Positions 38,615-47,942 of a stretch of DNA of 64,000 bases are shown here, piece after piece; within the stretch, counting starts at the first letter, position 1; each line of letters starts with the position of its first letter. The DNA is from a virus. Taxonomy: Duplodnaviria > Caudoviricetes. The notes under the pieces are model-generated. The model was not told the DNA's origin. It did no database searches and saw only the letters and a program-made list of their open reading frames with translations. A program made the translations under genes and the position numbers. The stretch covers positions 1 to 64,000 of the IMG/VR virus record IMGVR_UViG_3300042997_001039; one strand, given 5' to 3'.

Positions 38615-39313
38615 ATGAAAATTATAGAGCATTTTAATCAATCCACAGTTAAAACAGACTGGAAGACTCAGTACATTCGTTATAGACTCGGCAGATTAAA
38701 ACATCAGTACTGGTTACTAAATCGTAAAAGCAACAATCAAATTATCATCGATAATTATGACTACTCAATTCTAAGAAACTGCCAACCGGGTCACACTATA
38801 TTTTTTGCCAGTGCTGGTTATTATTTAATGGATCTATTGCCAGACATGCACATCGTTGAGATGCATCCGGTAGTAAAAACCTTTTATCCAGATGCTATTA
38901 TATGCGAAGATAGAAATAACTTGCCTAATGTATTGCCTGTGTTGGCAGACAATTTTGCTGTAGTAAACAATCGAGCAGATATTTGGACTGAGCTAGAAAA
39001 CATCACCGGACATTGCGAAAAGTACGTTAAAGTTATGAGCCCAGGTTGTAGATTCTTTTATAGTTTTAGAGATACTCAAATTAGTGGATTGAATAGACTG
39101 ACCACAGATATGCAACAGCATTTTCTTAATTGGGCCTTGAGCTTAGAATCCAAGTTTGAATTAAAGTTATGCTGGCACTCTATTAATTTTAGAAAAAATA
39201 AACCCGATGGCAATGGGCGTTATAGCCAACTTGAGAATCCCGATACCACCAACGGCAACTTGAAATTTTGGTTTGTATACCAAAGCAAGCCTTGGGAGAT
39301 AGTCAATGATTGA
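38615..39313 (+). CDS. Hypothetical protein (possible degenerate Rossmann/MTase fold)
   Basis: 232 aa. The HTIFFASAG strand-loop and GCRFFYSF are weak hints only. Confidence 0.55.
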   Translation: MKIIEHFNQSTVKTDWKTQYIRYRLGRLKHQYWLLNRKSNNQIIIDNYDYSILRNCQPGHTIFFASAGYYLMDLLPDMHIVEMHPVVKTFYPDAIICEDRNNLPNVLPVLADNFAVVNNRADIWTELENITGHCEKYVKVMSPGCRFFYSFRDTQISGLNRLTTDMQQHFLNWALSLESKFELKLCWHSINFRKNKPDGNGRYSQLENPDTTNGNLKFWFVYQSKPWEIVND

Positions 39314-39872
39314 AATAGTTTGCTACATGGGCGGTACTTGCGGCGATCTAATTACTGCATTAATTGACAGACAACACGTCAAATTTAATAGAATTACCCG
39401 AGCAGTAATTCACCATTCCGATCGCACTAAACTCAAGAAACCTAATTTGTTTGCAAACGATTTAGAAAAAGATCAATATGTACAAGACATGGGTTTAATA
39501 TACCGCAGTGTACCCAGTCATGACATCGAATACCATATTCATAGACAACATTGCTTTATTGGAATTACAGTAAGCAATTTTGATGTAGCAATGTGGGCTG
39601 CTAAACGATTTAAAAAAGTACATAGACCGCATGTATGGGATGAAATGCAACGAGCCTGCGGTGCTGAGTCAGTCAATGACTATGCCCAGATGATGATAGA
39701 TTATTCTGGACTAATTAAAAAATCAACCGATAGATTAATAACACTGGAGTCTATTCGGCAAGGCCAAGCAGTAGATGATCTCGAAAAGTTATCAGGTCAT
39801 TCGGTTGACTCTGGTACACGAAACTTGTATAATAACTGGTTGACTTTGCAAAACGGATTATGGATGATCTAA
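39306..39872 (+). CDS. Hypothetical protein, possibly P-loop/sulfotransferase-like
   Basis: An N-terminal beta strand plus YMGGTCGD loop, VPSH and ITLESI. Confidence 0.5.
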   Translation: MIEIVCYMGGTCGDLITALIDRQHVKFNRITRAVIHHSDRTKLKKPNLFANDLEKDQYVQDMGLIYRSVPSHDIEYHIHRQHCFIGITVSNFDVAMWAAKRFKKVHRPHVWDEMQRACGAESVNDYAQMMIDYSGLIKKSTDRLITLESIRQGQAVDDLEKLSGHSVDSGTRNLYNNWLTLQNGLWMI

Positions 39873-41359
39873 TGAAACAAGCTATAATTATTGTACATGA
39901 TGAAGTTAATTGTAAAATAGAAGGGCTTGATCTTGACTGTCGTCGAGCACTTGTTAAAAAATTTAAATACATGAATCCAGCTGCACGATACTTGCCTGCA
40001 GTTAGACTAGGACGATGGGACGGCTGCGTACAATTCTTTCAATTAGGTGGCAGCACCTATGTAAATTTATTGCCAGAGATTATTCCTGTATTGGAATCAT
40101 TTGACTATGATATTGAGTTAGACGATCGTAGAACCTACAGTACAAAATTTGAATTTGTTTTAACGGCAGAAGATACATTCAGCAATCGTGCGTGGCCGCC
40201 TGGACACGAACGTGCGGGTCAGCCTGTAGTATTACGAGATTATCAAGTAGAGATCATCAATGACTTTCTAAGCAATACACAAAGTCTACAAGAAATAGCC
40301 ACTGGCGCAGGCAAAACACTTATAACAGCAGCATTAAGCTGGCAAGCCGGCAACTATGGGCGTAGTATTGTTATTGTACCTAATAAAAGTTTAGTTACAC
40401 AAACCGAAACTGATTACCGTAACTTGGGTCTAGATGTTGGTGTTTATTTTGGTGACAGAAAAGAATGGGGACGTCGGCATACTATCTGTACTTGGCAATC
40501 TCTCAACAACCTTTTAAAGAATACCAAGTCAGGCGAAGCTGAAATTACTATACAAGAGTTTCTTGAAGATGTGGTATGTGTTATTGTAGACGAAGTGCAT
40601 ATGGCCAAAGCAGACGCACTCAAAACATTGCTAACTGGCGTAATGGCACATATACCAATTCGATGGGGACTTACTGGTACTATCCCCAAAGAAGATTTTG
40701 AATTCAAGGCATTAGAAGTGAGCCTTGGGCCAGTTGTTGGTCGATTACGTGCTAGTGAACTACAGGCCCAAGGTGTATTGGCACAGTGCCATGTAAATAT
40801 TGTGCAGTTGGTTGACCATGTAGAATATAAGGACTACCAGAGCGAGCTTAAATACTTGGTAACCACACCAGAACGTATGGAAGCTGTTGCTAAAGTAATA
40901 GATAAAATTAAGGAAAGCGGTAATACACTTATATTAGTAGACCGCATTGAAACAGGCAAGATACTACAAACACAGATGAGTAGCTTGTTTAGCCTACTTA
41001 GCGATAAACCAGAAGTGGTATTTGTTTCAGGTTCGACAAAGGTAGCTGATCGCAAGGAAGAATATGATGAAATTGCTACGTCAACTAACAAAATTATTAT
41101 TGCCACATACGGTGTCGCTGCTGTCGGTATTAATATTCCTCGCATATTCAATTTGGTTATGGTGGAATCTGGCAAGAGCTTTACAAGGGTAATACAAAGT
41201 ATCGGCCGAGGTATCCGCAAGGCCGAAGACAAGGACCATGTAGAAATTTGGGACATTACTAGTACTTGTAAATTCAGCAAAAGACATTTGACTAAACGCA
41301 AGGCTTTTTATCGAGAAGCCAACTATCCGTTTAGTCAAGAAAAATTAGATTGGAGTTAA
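39872..41359 (+). CDS. uvsW: SF2 DNA helicase UvsW
   Basis: LRDYQ, ATGAGKT, VDEVH, GLTGT, GINIP and QSIGRGIR. Confidence 0.93.
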   Translation: MKQAIIIVHDEVNCKIEGLDLDCRRALVKKFKYMNPAARYLPAVRLGRWDGCVQFFQLGGSTYVNLLPEIIPVLESFDYDIELDDRRTYSTKFEFVLTAEDTFSNRAWPPGHERAGQPVVLRDYQVEIINDFLSNTQSLQEIATGAGKTLITAALSWQAGNYGRSIVIVPNKSLVTQTETDYRNLGLDVGVYFGDRKEWGRRHTICTWQSLNNLLKNTKSGEAEITIQEFLEDVVCVIVDEVHMAKADALKTLLTGVMAHIPIRWGLTGTIPKEDFEFKALEVSLGPVVGRLRASELQAQGVLAQCHVNIVQLVDHVEYKDYQSELKYLVTTPERMEAVAKVIDKIKESGNTLILVDRIETGKILQTQMSSLFSLLSDKPEVVFVSGSTKVADRKEEYDEIATSTNKIIIATYGVAAVGINIPRIFNLVMVESGKSFTRVIQSIGRGIRKAEDKDHVEIWDITSTCKFSKRHLTKRKAFYREANYPFSQEKLDWS

Positions 41360-41360
41360 T

Positions 41361-41969
41361 ATGGGCACAACTTTTAAACTTGCTGAAAAATATTTAAAAG
41401 TGGATACAAACACAGTGTTTGTAGAAATTGGTAGCGATCGTTACGAAGGATCTACTGAGTACTTTGCTGAATTAGCACAAGATAACAATACAATACTTCA
41501 CACTGTTGATCTTAGCAACGAAGCAAGAAATAGATTAGATCAAACCATTAACATGCACAATATCGTTTGGCATCAAGCTACAGGGTCTGATTGGGCCAAA
41601 AATGTATTTCCCACATTTGAGAAAAAGATTTCGTTATTGTACCTAGACAATTTTGATTACAACTGGAACATCTCGCGACCCAACGACAATATTGAATTGC
41701 AAAAAACACAATATCGAGAAGAGTTTGGCATCGAAATGACTAATCAAAATTGTCAGCTCGAACACTTTAAGCAGATGTTGTCTTTGTATCCTTATATGGC
41801 TGATTATAGTGTTATTATTTGTGACGATACTTATACTTTAAATGATTGTTGGATAGGCAAGTGTGGTCCTATAGTAGTTTATCTATTGGCCAACGGATAT
41901 CAAATTGTAGAAAAACACGCTGGCGGAGACGCCGGATATAGTTACGGAGTTATATTAGTAAGAGGCTAA
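41361..41969 (+). CDS. Class I SAM methyltransferase-like protein
   Basis: FVEIGS, HTVD, LLYLDNFD and IICDD. Confidence 0.7.
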   Translation: MGTTFKLAEKYLKVDTNTVFVEIGSDRYEGSTEYFAELAQDNNTILHTVDLSNEARNRLDQTINMHNIVWHQATGSDWAKNVFPTFEKKISLLYLDNFDYNWNISRPNDNIELQKTQYREEFGIEMTNQNCQLEHFKQMLSLYPYMADYSVIICDDTYTLNDCWIGKCGPIVVYLLANGYQIVEKHAGGDAGYSYGVILVRG

Positions 41970-41970
41970 A

Positions 41971-42651
41971 TTGGAAACAGTTATTATAACTTACCAAGCA
42001 GATCTGGAACGTGCATTACGTGCAGCAAAATCTATTAGTCTATACGGGGTAGGCAATTGTGTAGACCCTATACATATTGTAATCAATGACAGTCCTGTTA
42101 TATTCGAACAAGCACAATCTTTATTTGTAGATATCAAAAGAACACAAGTTTATCACTATACAGATATTAGTACATGGATACATGCTAGTAGCGGATGGTG
42201 GAGCCAGCAATGGCTTAAATTGCAGGCACACAAATTAGTATCAACTGATTGGTATATGCCGTTTGATAGCGATATGTATCTGTCCAGGTCTATTAAAAAC
42301 ACAGAGTTATTTTCAGGACGCAAAGCTATTTGCAATCTACACAATCGAAGTGTATATAAAGATAATAAACTATTTATTGAGTATATTGACAATGCTTGTG
42401 CCTACTGGCATGTTGATCCAGACGAAATATTTCAAATACTCAGAGAAACTCCACCTAATATAATGCATCGAGTCTCTGTAGATAACATGCTTAACGAAAT
42501 GACCCCCTGGGTGCTTGGTAGCACTCAGACACCCAGTCTGGAATTCTTTATCTATTGGGTATATTTGTATAAAAATAATCTTACTGATATGTACCAACAT
42601 CGAGATAATTGGTTTTGGTTCGGCGATGCATTTTATATGGATAATGATTGA
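41971..42651 (+). CDS. GT-A-like glycosyltransferase (DUF6492-like)
   Basis: GW..QQWLKL, YMPFDSD (DxD) and EF..Y. TTG start. Confidence 0.7.
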   Translation: METVIITYQADLERALRAAKSISLYGVGNCVDPIHIVINDSPVIFEQAQSLFVDIKRTQVYHYTDISTWIHASSGWWSQQWLKLQAHKLVSTDWYMPFDSDMYLSRSIKNTELFSGRKAICNLHNRSVYKDNKLFIEYIDNACAYWHVDPDEIFQILRETPPNIMHRVSVDNMLNEMTPWVLGSTQTPSLEFFIYWVYLYKNNLTDMYQHRDNWFWFGDAFYMDND

Positions 42652-42677
42652 CTTTTATAGATCACTTATTGTATAAT
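42648..42677 (+). promoter_or_regulatory. Sigma70 promoter TTGACT-18-TATAAT (extended TG)
   Basis: Direct motif; ATG 7 nt after the -10. Confidence 0.7.
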
Positions 42678-42683
42678 TAACAT

Positions 42684-43184
42684 ATGAGAATACTAACCTT
42701 AGATAACTTGGCCTACGATTTAAACACACTTCCAGAAGAAGTAGACGACATGCGTTTTGCCATACTTGACAATAGCGATCCGTCTAATCCAGACTATCAC
42801 TACATACCTTTAATCTTCCTGGAGAGCTTCAATTCACCAGCATTAGTTTTACAAATTGGCGACTATACAGTTAAGATGCCAATGGACTGGAAAATTTTGA
42901 TCGGAGAACCAGATTCAGGAGACCTGGAAGTGATACCCTTAACCAGTATCAATGATAGGGGCTTTAAGGCATTTCAGTTCAATCCGCTAAGTAGTTTTAG
43001 TCCGACTTTTCCCGAAATTGAAATTATAGATGTATATCATGATGTTACGTGGTATAGTCCTAAATTAAAGAATGGACAGATGTTGGCTATACCGTTAGAT
43101 GAAAGCCATAAACCAGATTGTGTGTATTTTGTCAAAGATATCAGCCGCAACTGTGAAATTGTTGATTACTCAAAGGCCTGGTAA
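42684..43184 (+). CDS. Conserved all-beta hypothetical protein (possible Hint-like fold)
   Basis: 166 aa, beta-rich pattern; see findings. Confidence 0.65.
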   Translation: MRILTLDNLAYDLNTLPEEVDDMRFAILDNSDPSNPDYHYIPLIFLESFNSPALVLQIGDYTVKMPMDWKILIGEPDSGDLEVIPLTSINDRGFKAFQFNPLSSFSPTFPEIEIIDVYHDVTWYSPKLKNGQMLAIPLDESHKPDCVYFVKDISRNCEIVDYSKAW

Positions 43185-43185
43185 A

Positions 43186-43383
43186 ATGAAACAATATGAA
43201 GAAGACAGCGTGATCCCAAAGATGACAGCCAATATACCGGCTCCCAAAGACAAAAACATTGATCGCCGCATACGAGAACTCGAAGACAAAATACGCAACC
43301 AAGAGCAACAGATGCATCGCATGCACAGAGATATAGTACGCTTACGAGTAGCTATCAACGAGGTATCAGCAAGGATTAAGTAA
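43186..43383 (+). CDS. Small coiled-coil protein
   Basis: Heptad run RIRELEDKIRNQEQQMHRM. Start at 43186. Confidence 0.6.
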   Translation: MKQYEEDSVIPKMTANIPAPKDKNIDRRIRELEDKIRNQEQQMHRMHRDIVRLRVAINEVSARIK

Positions 43384-43697
43384 TGGCACAGCCAACTGAC
43401 AAGTCAGTACGTGGACGTAGAATACAACAAAAGCATAGACATATTGCCAGACAAATGGCTATCCGTAAAGCTCACGCTTTTAATTTTGGTGGGCCTGGCG
43501 TAGTTGTTGGTGATTCAAATAACCCACACCGTTACCATAAAGTAAGCGGCATGACATGCGGTAATTCAAATTGTTTCGCATGTGGTAATCCGCGCAAATT
43601 CTTTGATGAACGCACTGTACAAGAGCAACGAGAGATGCAAGATGTAGAGCAAACCCGTAACAAACACAGTAATGGAACACTGCCACAAGATGAGTGA
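43383..43697 (+). CDS. Small basic protein with a C-x4-C-x2-C metal site
   Basis: HRYHK.S...CGNSNCFACGNPRK.. Confidence 0.7.
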   Translation: MAQPTDKSVRGRRIQQKHRHIARQMAIRKAHAFNFGGPGVVVGDSNNPHRYHKVSGMTCGNSNCFACGNPRKFFDERTVQEQREMQDVEQTRNKHSNGTLPQDE

Positions 43698-44139
43698 TAA
43701 ACTAAACATTGCCAACGAGATGAAACAGTTTGATCTCAAGAACCGCGACTTCTACGATGAGCTAACAGCAGAAGAACGTAAAAAGTTCAGCAACTATCTG
43801 ATGATACGTTGGGGCAGTAGTGTACAAGGTTCTAGGGAATTGCAAGAGTACTATGTGCAAAGCTGCAATCACTACTTTAACAAAAACTTCTTTGCCATCA
43901 GTAAACATCCTAAGCTGCAATGGCTGTGTGCTACAGCAGTGAGCCCAGGCATGGGAGTGCATAGGCATCAATGGATTAGTCCCAAGAAGAAAGAAGCCAG
44001 CTCTGGTACTATGCGAAAACAATTAGCAGAACTGTTTCCAAATATGAAAGACGACGAACTTGATCTACTGGCAAAGATCACTACCAAGAAAGAACTAGAC
44101 CAATACATTCGAGATCACGGCAACGAAGTTAAAAAATGA
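43690..44139 (+). CDS. Clamp-loader small subunit-like protein (gp62-like)
   Basis: KKFSNYLMIRW, HPKLQW, RHQWI..KK and a helical C-terminus resembling T4-like gp62. Confidence 0.5.
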   Translation: MSDKLNIANEMKQFDLKNRDFYDELTAEERKKFSNYLMIRWGSSVQGSRELQEYYVQSCNHYFNKNFFAISKHPKLQWLCATAVSPGMGVHRHQWISPKKKEASSGTMRKQLAELFPNMKDDELDLLAKITTKKELDQYIRDHGNEVKK

Positions 44140-44819
44140 AATTTGAATGCCAATACTGTAAGAAATCTTTTGCTAAAGAAACTACGCTCATGGTGCATGT
44201 CTGTGAGCAAAAGAAACGTTTTCAAAGTCAAAATGAAACTGGTATCCAGATTGGACTCAAATCTTATTTGCAATTTTATGAATCAAGCCAGGGTATAGGC
44301 AAAAAGAAAACCTTTGATGATTTTGCAACAAGTCCTTACTATAGAGCGTTTGCTCGTTTTGGTCAATATTGTGTCAGCATACGTGCTATCAATATTCCTC
44401 GCTTTGTTGAATGGTTACTGAAAAATAACAAAAAGATTGATTTTTGGTGTAAGGATACCGTGTACGAAGAATTTCTTGCACAGTATCTTCGAGTAGAGTC
44501 AGTGACTGATGCTTTAGAACGTGCCATAAGAGAAATGCAAGACTATGCAGAAGCCAATCCAGATTTAAAAAATGGTATCAGCGACTATTTTAGATATGGC
44601 AATACCAATCGATTGTTTTATCATATATCAACTGGACGTGTTAGTTCTTGGATTGTTTACAATTGTAAATCTGGAATTGAATTCCTTAATGGACTCCAAC
44701 CAGATCAAATTTCTATGATATGGAACATGATAGATTCTGATTTTTGGCAAAAGAAATTCAGTGATCATGCTGTTGATGTAGAATATGTCAAAGATATTTT
44801 GAAAAAGGCAGGCCTGTAA
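44136..44819 (+). CDS. C2H2-type Zn-finger protein with a helical domain
   Basis: CQYCKKSF..E.TL..H.CE. Directly upstream of mini-dnaE. Confidence 0.7.
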   Translation: MKFECQYCKKSFAKETTLMVHVCEQKKRFQSQNETGIQIGLKSYLQFYESSQGIGKKKTFDDFATSPYYRAFARFGQYCVSIRAINIPRFVEWLLKNNKKIDFWCKDTVYEEFLAQYLRVESVTDALERAIREMQDYAEANPDLKNGISDYFRYGNTNRLFYHISTGRVSSWIVYNCKSGIEFLNGLQPDQISMIWNMIDSDFWQKKFSDHAVDVEYVKDILKKAGL

Positions 44820-45370
44820 TGTCGGCAGATATTGATATTGATGTACCTGATAGAACAAAATTATTGAGACTAATACATCATGTACCAGCACGACAACAAA
44901 ATAGATCACACAATTCAGGTATATATGTCACCCAAATACCGTTTGACCCTGTTACAGGAACAGCGTCGATAGATTACGAAGAAGCTGAACAGCGAGGATA
45001 CTTCAAAATTGATTTATTGAATATGAGTGTATATCAATTGATAAAAGATCCAGAGCACTACAAACTTATGTTGGAGAGAACTCCTAACTGGACTCGGTTA
45101 TGGACTGACACTGAATGGTCTAAAAAAATAGTTCACGTGGGAAATTATACAGATTTATTAAGCAGCATGAAGCCAGATTCCATTGTGCGTATGGCAGCGT
45201 TTATCAGTATCATCCGACCCGGTAAAGCACATCTGCAAAGAAAGCCATGGGTTGATGTATTTGCTAATGTCTGGGATGGAGACAACTCTCGCGGATACAC
45301 ATTTAAAAAATCTCATAGCCTGGGCTATGCTCAATTAGTTGCATTACATATGAACTTGTTAGATGAATAA
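44819..45370 (+). CDS. dnaE: Miniature family-C DNA polymerase (DnaE palm plus partial fingers)
   Basis: Colinear DnaE motifs: DIDID, HNSG, GYFKIDLL, KPDS...IRPG and GYTFKKSH..Y. Confidence 0.85.
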   Translation: MSADIDIDVPDRTKLLRLIHHVPARQQNRSHNSGIYVTQIPFDPVTGTASIDYEEAEQRGYFKIDLLNMSVYQLIKDPEHYKLMLERTPNWTRLWTDTEWSKKIVHVGNYTDLLSSMKPDSIVRMAAFISIIRPGKAHLQRKPWVDVFANVWDGDNSRGYTFKKSHSLGYAQLVALHMNLLDE

Positions 45371-46067
45371 ACTACAACACATCTATGCCAATGGCTGTTC
45401 GTTTACACACGACAACTATATTATAAACGATCTGGAACAAGACTGTTATCCAGAGCTGTTAGCCAAAAGTTTAGGACTTGCATGCACCAATGCTGGGGTT
45501 CCGGGTAGCTGCAATAGAAGAATAATCAGAAATACCTTACGAGATTCTTTAACTTTTGATAACTCTACTATGGTAATAGTACAGTTGACTTTTTTATCTC
45601 GTACAGAAAAACCATTTACACCTGGTCAAGGCAACGAATGGAAATTGCAAGGCACAACTGAGGAATATCACGAAAGTATTAAAGCAAATCCATCTGAATT
45701 TTTAAACCAGGAATACTATCAAAACTACCTGCGTTTTTTTGACGAACGTGCAGAGCTCACAAACTTAGCTGCAGATCTAATTATGCTTTCGAGTTACTTA
45801 AATAGCAAAAACATTCCTTACTTTATTTTTCCTTACGTACAACTCTCTACTGATCCAGCAGTTTGCATTCAACATGATCTGCTGCAAAAAACACTATCTC
45901 AGGACGAGTATGTGCTTGACATATTAAAAGACAGTTTAATTGACAGATTAGGGCCCGGAGATTGGTATTATGATTCTTATCCTGGGCATCTAAACGTACA
46001 AGGACATAGACGTGCTGCAGAACTACTGCAAACATTGATGCCTATTGTATACGTCGGACCAAAGTAA
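45363..46067 (+). CDS. SGNH/GDSL-like protein
   Basis: ANGCSFT, NAGVPGSCN.RI and GHLN..GH...A. Confidence 0.82.
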   Translation: MNKLQHIYANGCSFTHDNYIINDLEQDCYPELLAKSLGLACTNAGVPGSCNRRIIRNTLRDSLTFDNSTMVIVQLTFLSRTEKPFTPGQGNEWKLQGTTEEYHESIKANPSEFLNQEYYQNYLRFFDERAELTNLAADLIMLSSYLNSKNIPYFIFPYVQLSTDPAVCIQHDLLQKTLSQDEYVLDILKDSLIDRLGPGDWYYDSYPGHLNVQGHRRAAELLQTLMPIVYVGPK

Positions 46068-46419
46068 TTGATCTTCTCTTGGCCTTCCTGCGTGTTAAAT
46101 CATTGAGACTACATACAGGTCCACACAAAATATTTAGATCTTTGTTGACAAATGTTCTACGATATGAAGTAAAAGGTTTCCATTCAGTTTTCAGAAAGAT
46201 ATTGATAGGCACTGATCTATTGCTTTCCCACCACCAAACGTTAGCTAGTTCTAGAAAAAGGTGTTTTAACTCGCTGTCTTGAATATTCCCAAAATCATAT
46301 ATAGTAGTGATATTTTCGTCTTGATTTTGCACAATTCCTACATATTCCACACCGGCGTAGACGCAAAGCGACATAAAAGGGTACTTTTCAGTTAGTTGTT
46401 GTATTATGTTTATGCCCAT
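46042..46419 (-). CDS. Conserved hypothetical protein
   Basis: 125 aa. YPF.S...Y...EY.GI.QN and WWWESNR..PI.IFL. TAAATA on the - strand at 46459-46464. Confidence 0.7.
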   Translation of the reverse strand: MGINIIQQLTEKYPFMSLCVYAGVEYVGIVQNQDENITTIYDFGNIQDSELKHLFLELANVWWWESNRSVPINIFLKTEWKPFTSYRRTFVNKDLNILCGPVCSLNDLTRRKAKRRSITLVRRIQ

Positions 46420-46440
46420 AAATATTCAAGGAGATTTCTA

Positions 46441-47226
46441 ATGTACGCGACCACTGCCTATTTATATCAACAAATTCAATCAGTTTTATTGATAGACACC
46501 AGTGGCGCTTATTTTGACGCGAGGTGGGATCCAGTGTACGCAAAAAACTTAACTTTAAATCTAGGAGTTGACAACGTCATACTCTTTCAGTTTCAGAACC
46601 AAGATCAGAAACCAACTAGCATAGTGGGTGCTACATTTACGTTCCGAATCATTAGTCAAAATGGCCAAGACCTGTTGTTTGCCAAAGAACTGGTGGCCTT
46701 AAATGCTGCGTCTGGTCGTGCCAAAGTGACCATTACCGCTGAAGAAACTCAGCACTTCCAAGAACAACCAGCCAGTTACAGTATTGAAATATCATCCGGC
46801 GTTTTAGACCAAGCGGTATTTACAGACGACCAAGCAGGTGCACGTGGCACAATCAATATTGTAAATTCAGTATTTCCAGCATTTACTGCCAGTCAAGTAC
46901 TAACTGTACCTAGTCAAGCACCTGTGGGTAATGTGTACTATACCAGTACTGTGACCACAGATGGAGCACCGTTAACTACTTTTCAGTTGGACACAGCCAA
47001 CATCACCGGCAACATCACAGTGCAAGGTGCAACTGCTGCTACAGCAAACACAGTAGAATGGTACAATGTTCCATTTGAGGACTTGAAGACTGGCAACGTG
47101 ATCAACCAACTGAATCTGACCAGTAGCACAGAAAGATTGGGTATCAATGTAGAAGGATTCCATCCTTACATAAGATTAGAATTGAACTTTAGCACTGGCG
47201 AACTAGCAGAAATACTTTATAGATGA
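46441..47226 (+). CDS. Virion structural protein (BppU N-terminal/Ig-like)
   Basis: Beta-rich, GVDN.I.F.F.NQDQKP. Late promoter at 46419-46424. Start at 46441. Confidence 0.65.
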   Translation: MYATTAYLYQQIQSVLLIDTSGAYFDARWDPVYAKNLTLNLGVDNVILFQFQNQDQKPTSIVGATFTFRIISQNGQDLLFAKELVALNAASGRAKVTITAEETQHFQEQPASYSIEISSGVLDQAVFTDDQAGARGTINIVNSVFPAFTASQVLTVPSQAPVGNVYYTSTVTTDGAPLTTFQLDTANITGNITVQGATAATANTVEWYNVPFEDLKTGNVINQLNLTSSTERLGINVEGFHPYIRLELNFSTGELAEILYR

Positions 47227-47942
47227 AATTCAAAAAGATAGTGGGGTTTGGCGACTCGTGGATTTGGGGAGACGAACTGTTAGATCCTTTACTACATAAT
47301 ATAACTAATTCTCACCCTATAATGCAGGAAAACACTCCCTACAGGGAGAGTCATTGTTTTCTGGGTCTATTGGGGCATCATTACGGTGTTCCGGTGGAGA
47401 ATTTTGGCATTCCGGGCGGCAGTCAACAAAGTGCTATGTGGACTTACTTGTGGTGGCTTGAACACGAACAACTAGACCTATCTGAATGTTTGTTATTAGT
47501 AGGACATACTGAATCCAACCGAGATACGTTTTACAATCCCGCCCATGTAAGCTACGCAAATGATCCTCCTTGGAACAAGTTTATACACAGTGCCTGGGTA
47601 CATAGTGGTGCTTCTTGTATTGATTCTGAATGGTCTAACATGGTCAAAACAAATATGATGTTAACAGATTGTAATGAATTAAGGAATCTTACCTATCGAC
47701 AATCTGTTTTATTTTTTGAAGGCCAAAATTATAAATTAGGTAATAATATAATCCAATTTACCACTATGGGCCCATCAATTGTTATTAATGCTAAAGGACT
47801 ATTATGGCCAGATTCTGGGCTTTCGACATTCATTAAAGGCTGCCCGGAGTTAATGGCACCGGGTCGTCATCCAAATGAGCAAGGTCATTTAGTTATCCGC
47901 GACCACTTGATTCCTGAGATAGATCGTGTTATACTAGCGTGA
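47223..47942 (+). CDS. SGNH/GDSL-like protein
   Basis: GFGDSWIWG, NFGIPGGS and GRHPNEQGH. Confidence 0.85.
   Translation: MKFKKIVGFGDSWIWGDELLDPLLHNITNSHPIMQENTPYRESHCFLGLLGHHYGVPVENFGIPGGSQQSAMWTYLWWLEHEQLDLSECLLLVGHTESNRDTFYNPAHVSYANDPPWNKFIHSAWVHSGASCIDSEWSNMVKTNMMLTDCNELRNLTYRQSVLFFEGQNYKLGNNIIQFTTMGPSIVINAKGLLWPDSGLSTFIKGCPELMAPGRHPNEQGHLVIRDHLIPEIDRVILA
47907..47935 (+). promoter_or_regulatory. Sigma70 promoter TTGATT-17-TATACT upstream of the primase gene
   Basis: Direct motif; ATG at 47942 is 7 nt after the -10. Confidence 0.6.

Noticed and set aside
44819-45370. Mini-dnaE as a frameshifted pseudogene of a full dnaE
   Set aside because: The flanking ORFs (Zn-finger, SGNH) carry no DnaE motifs in any listed frame, and the deletions are internal and in frame, with the catalytic motifs retained.
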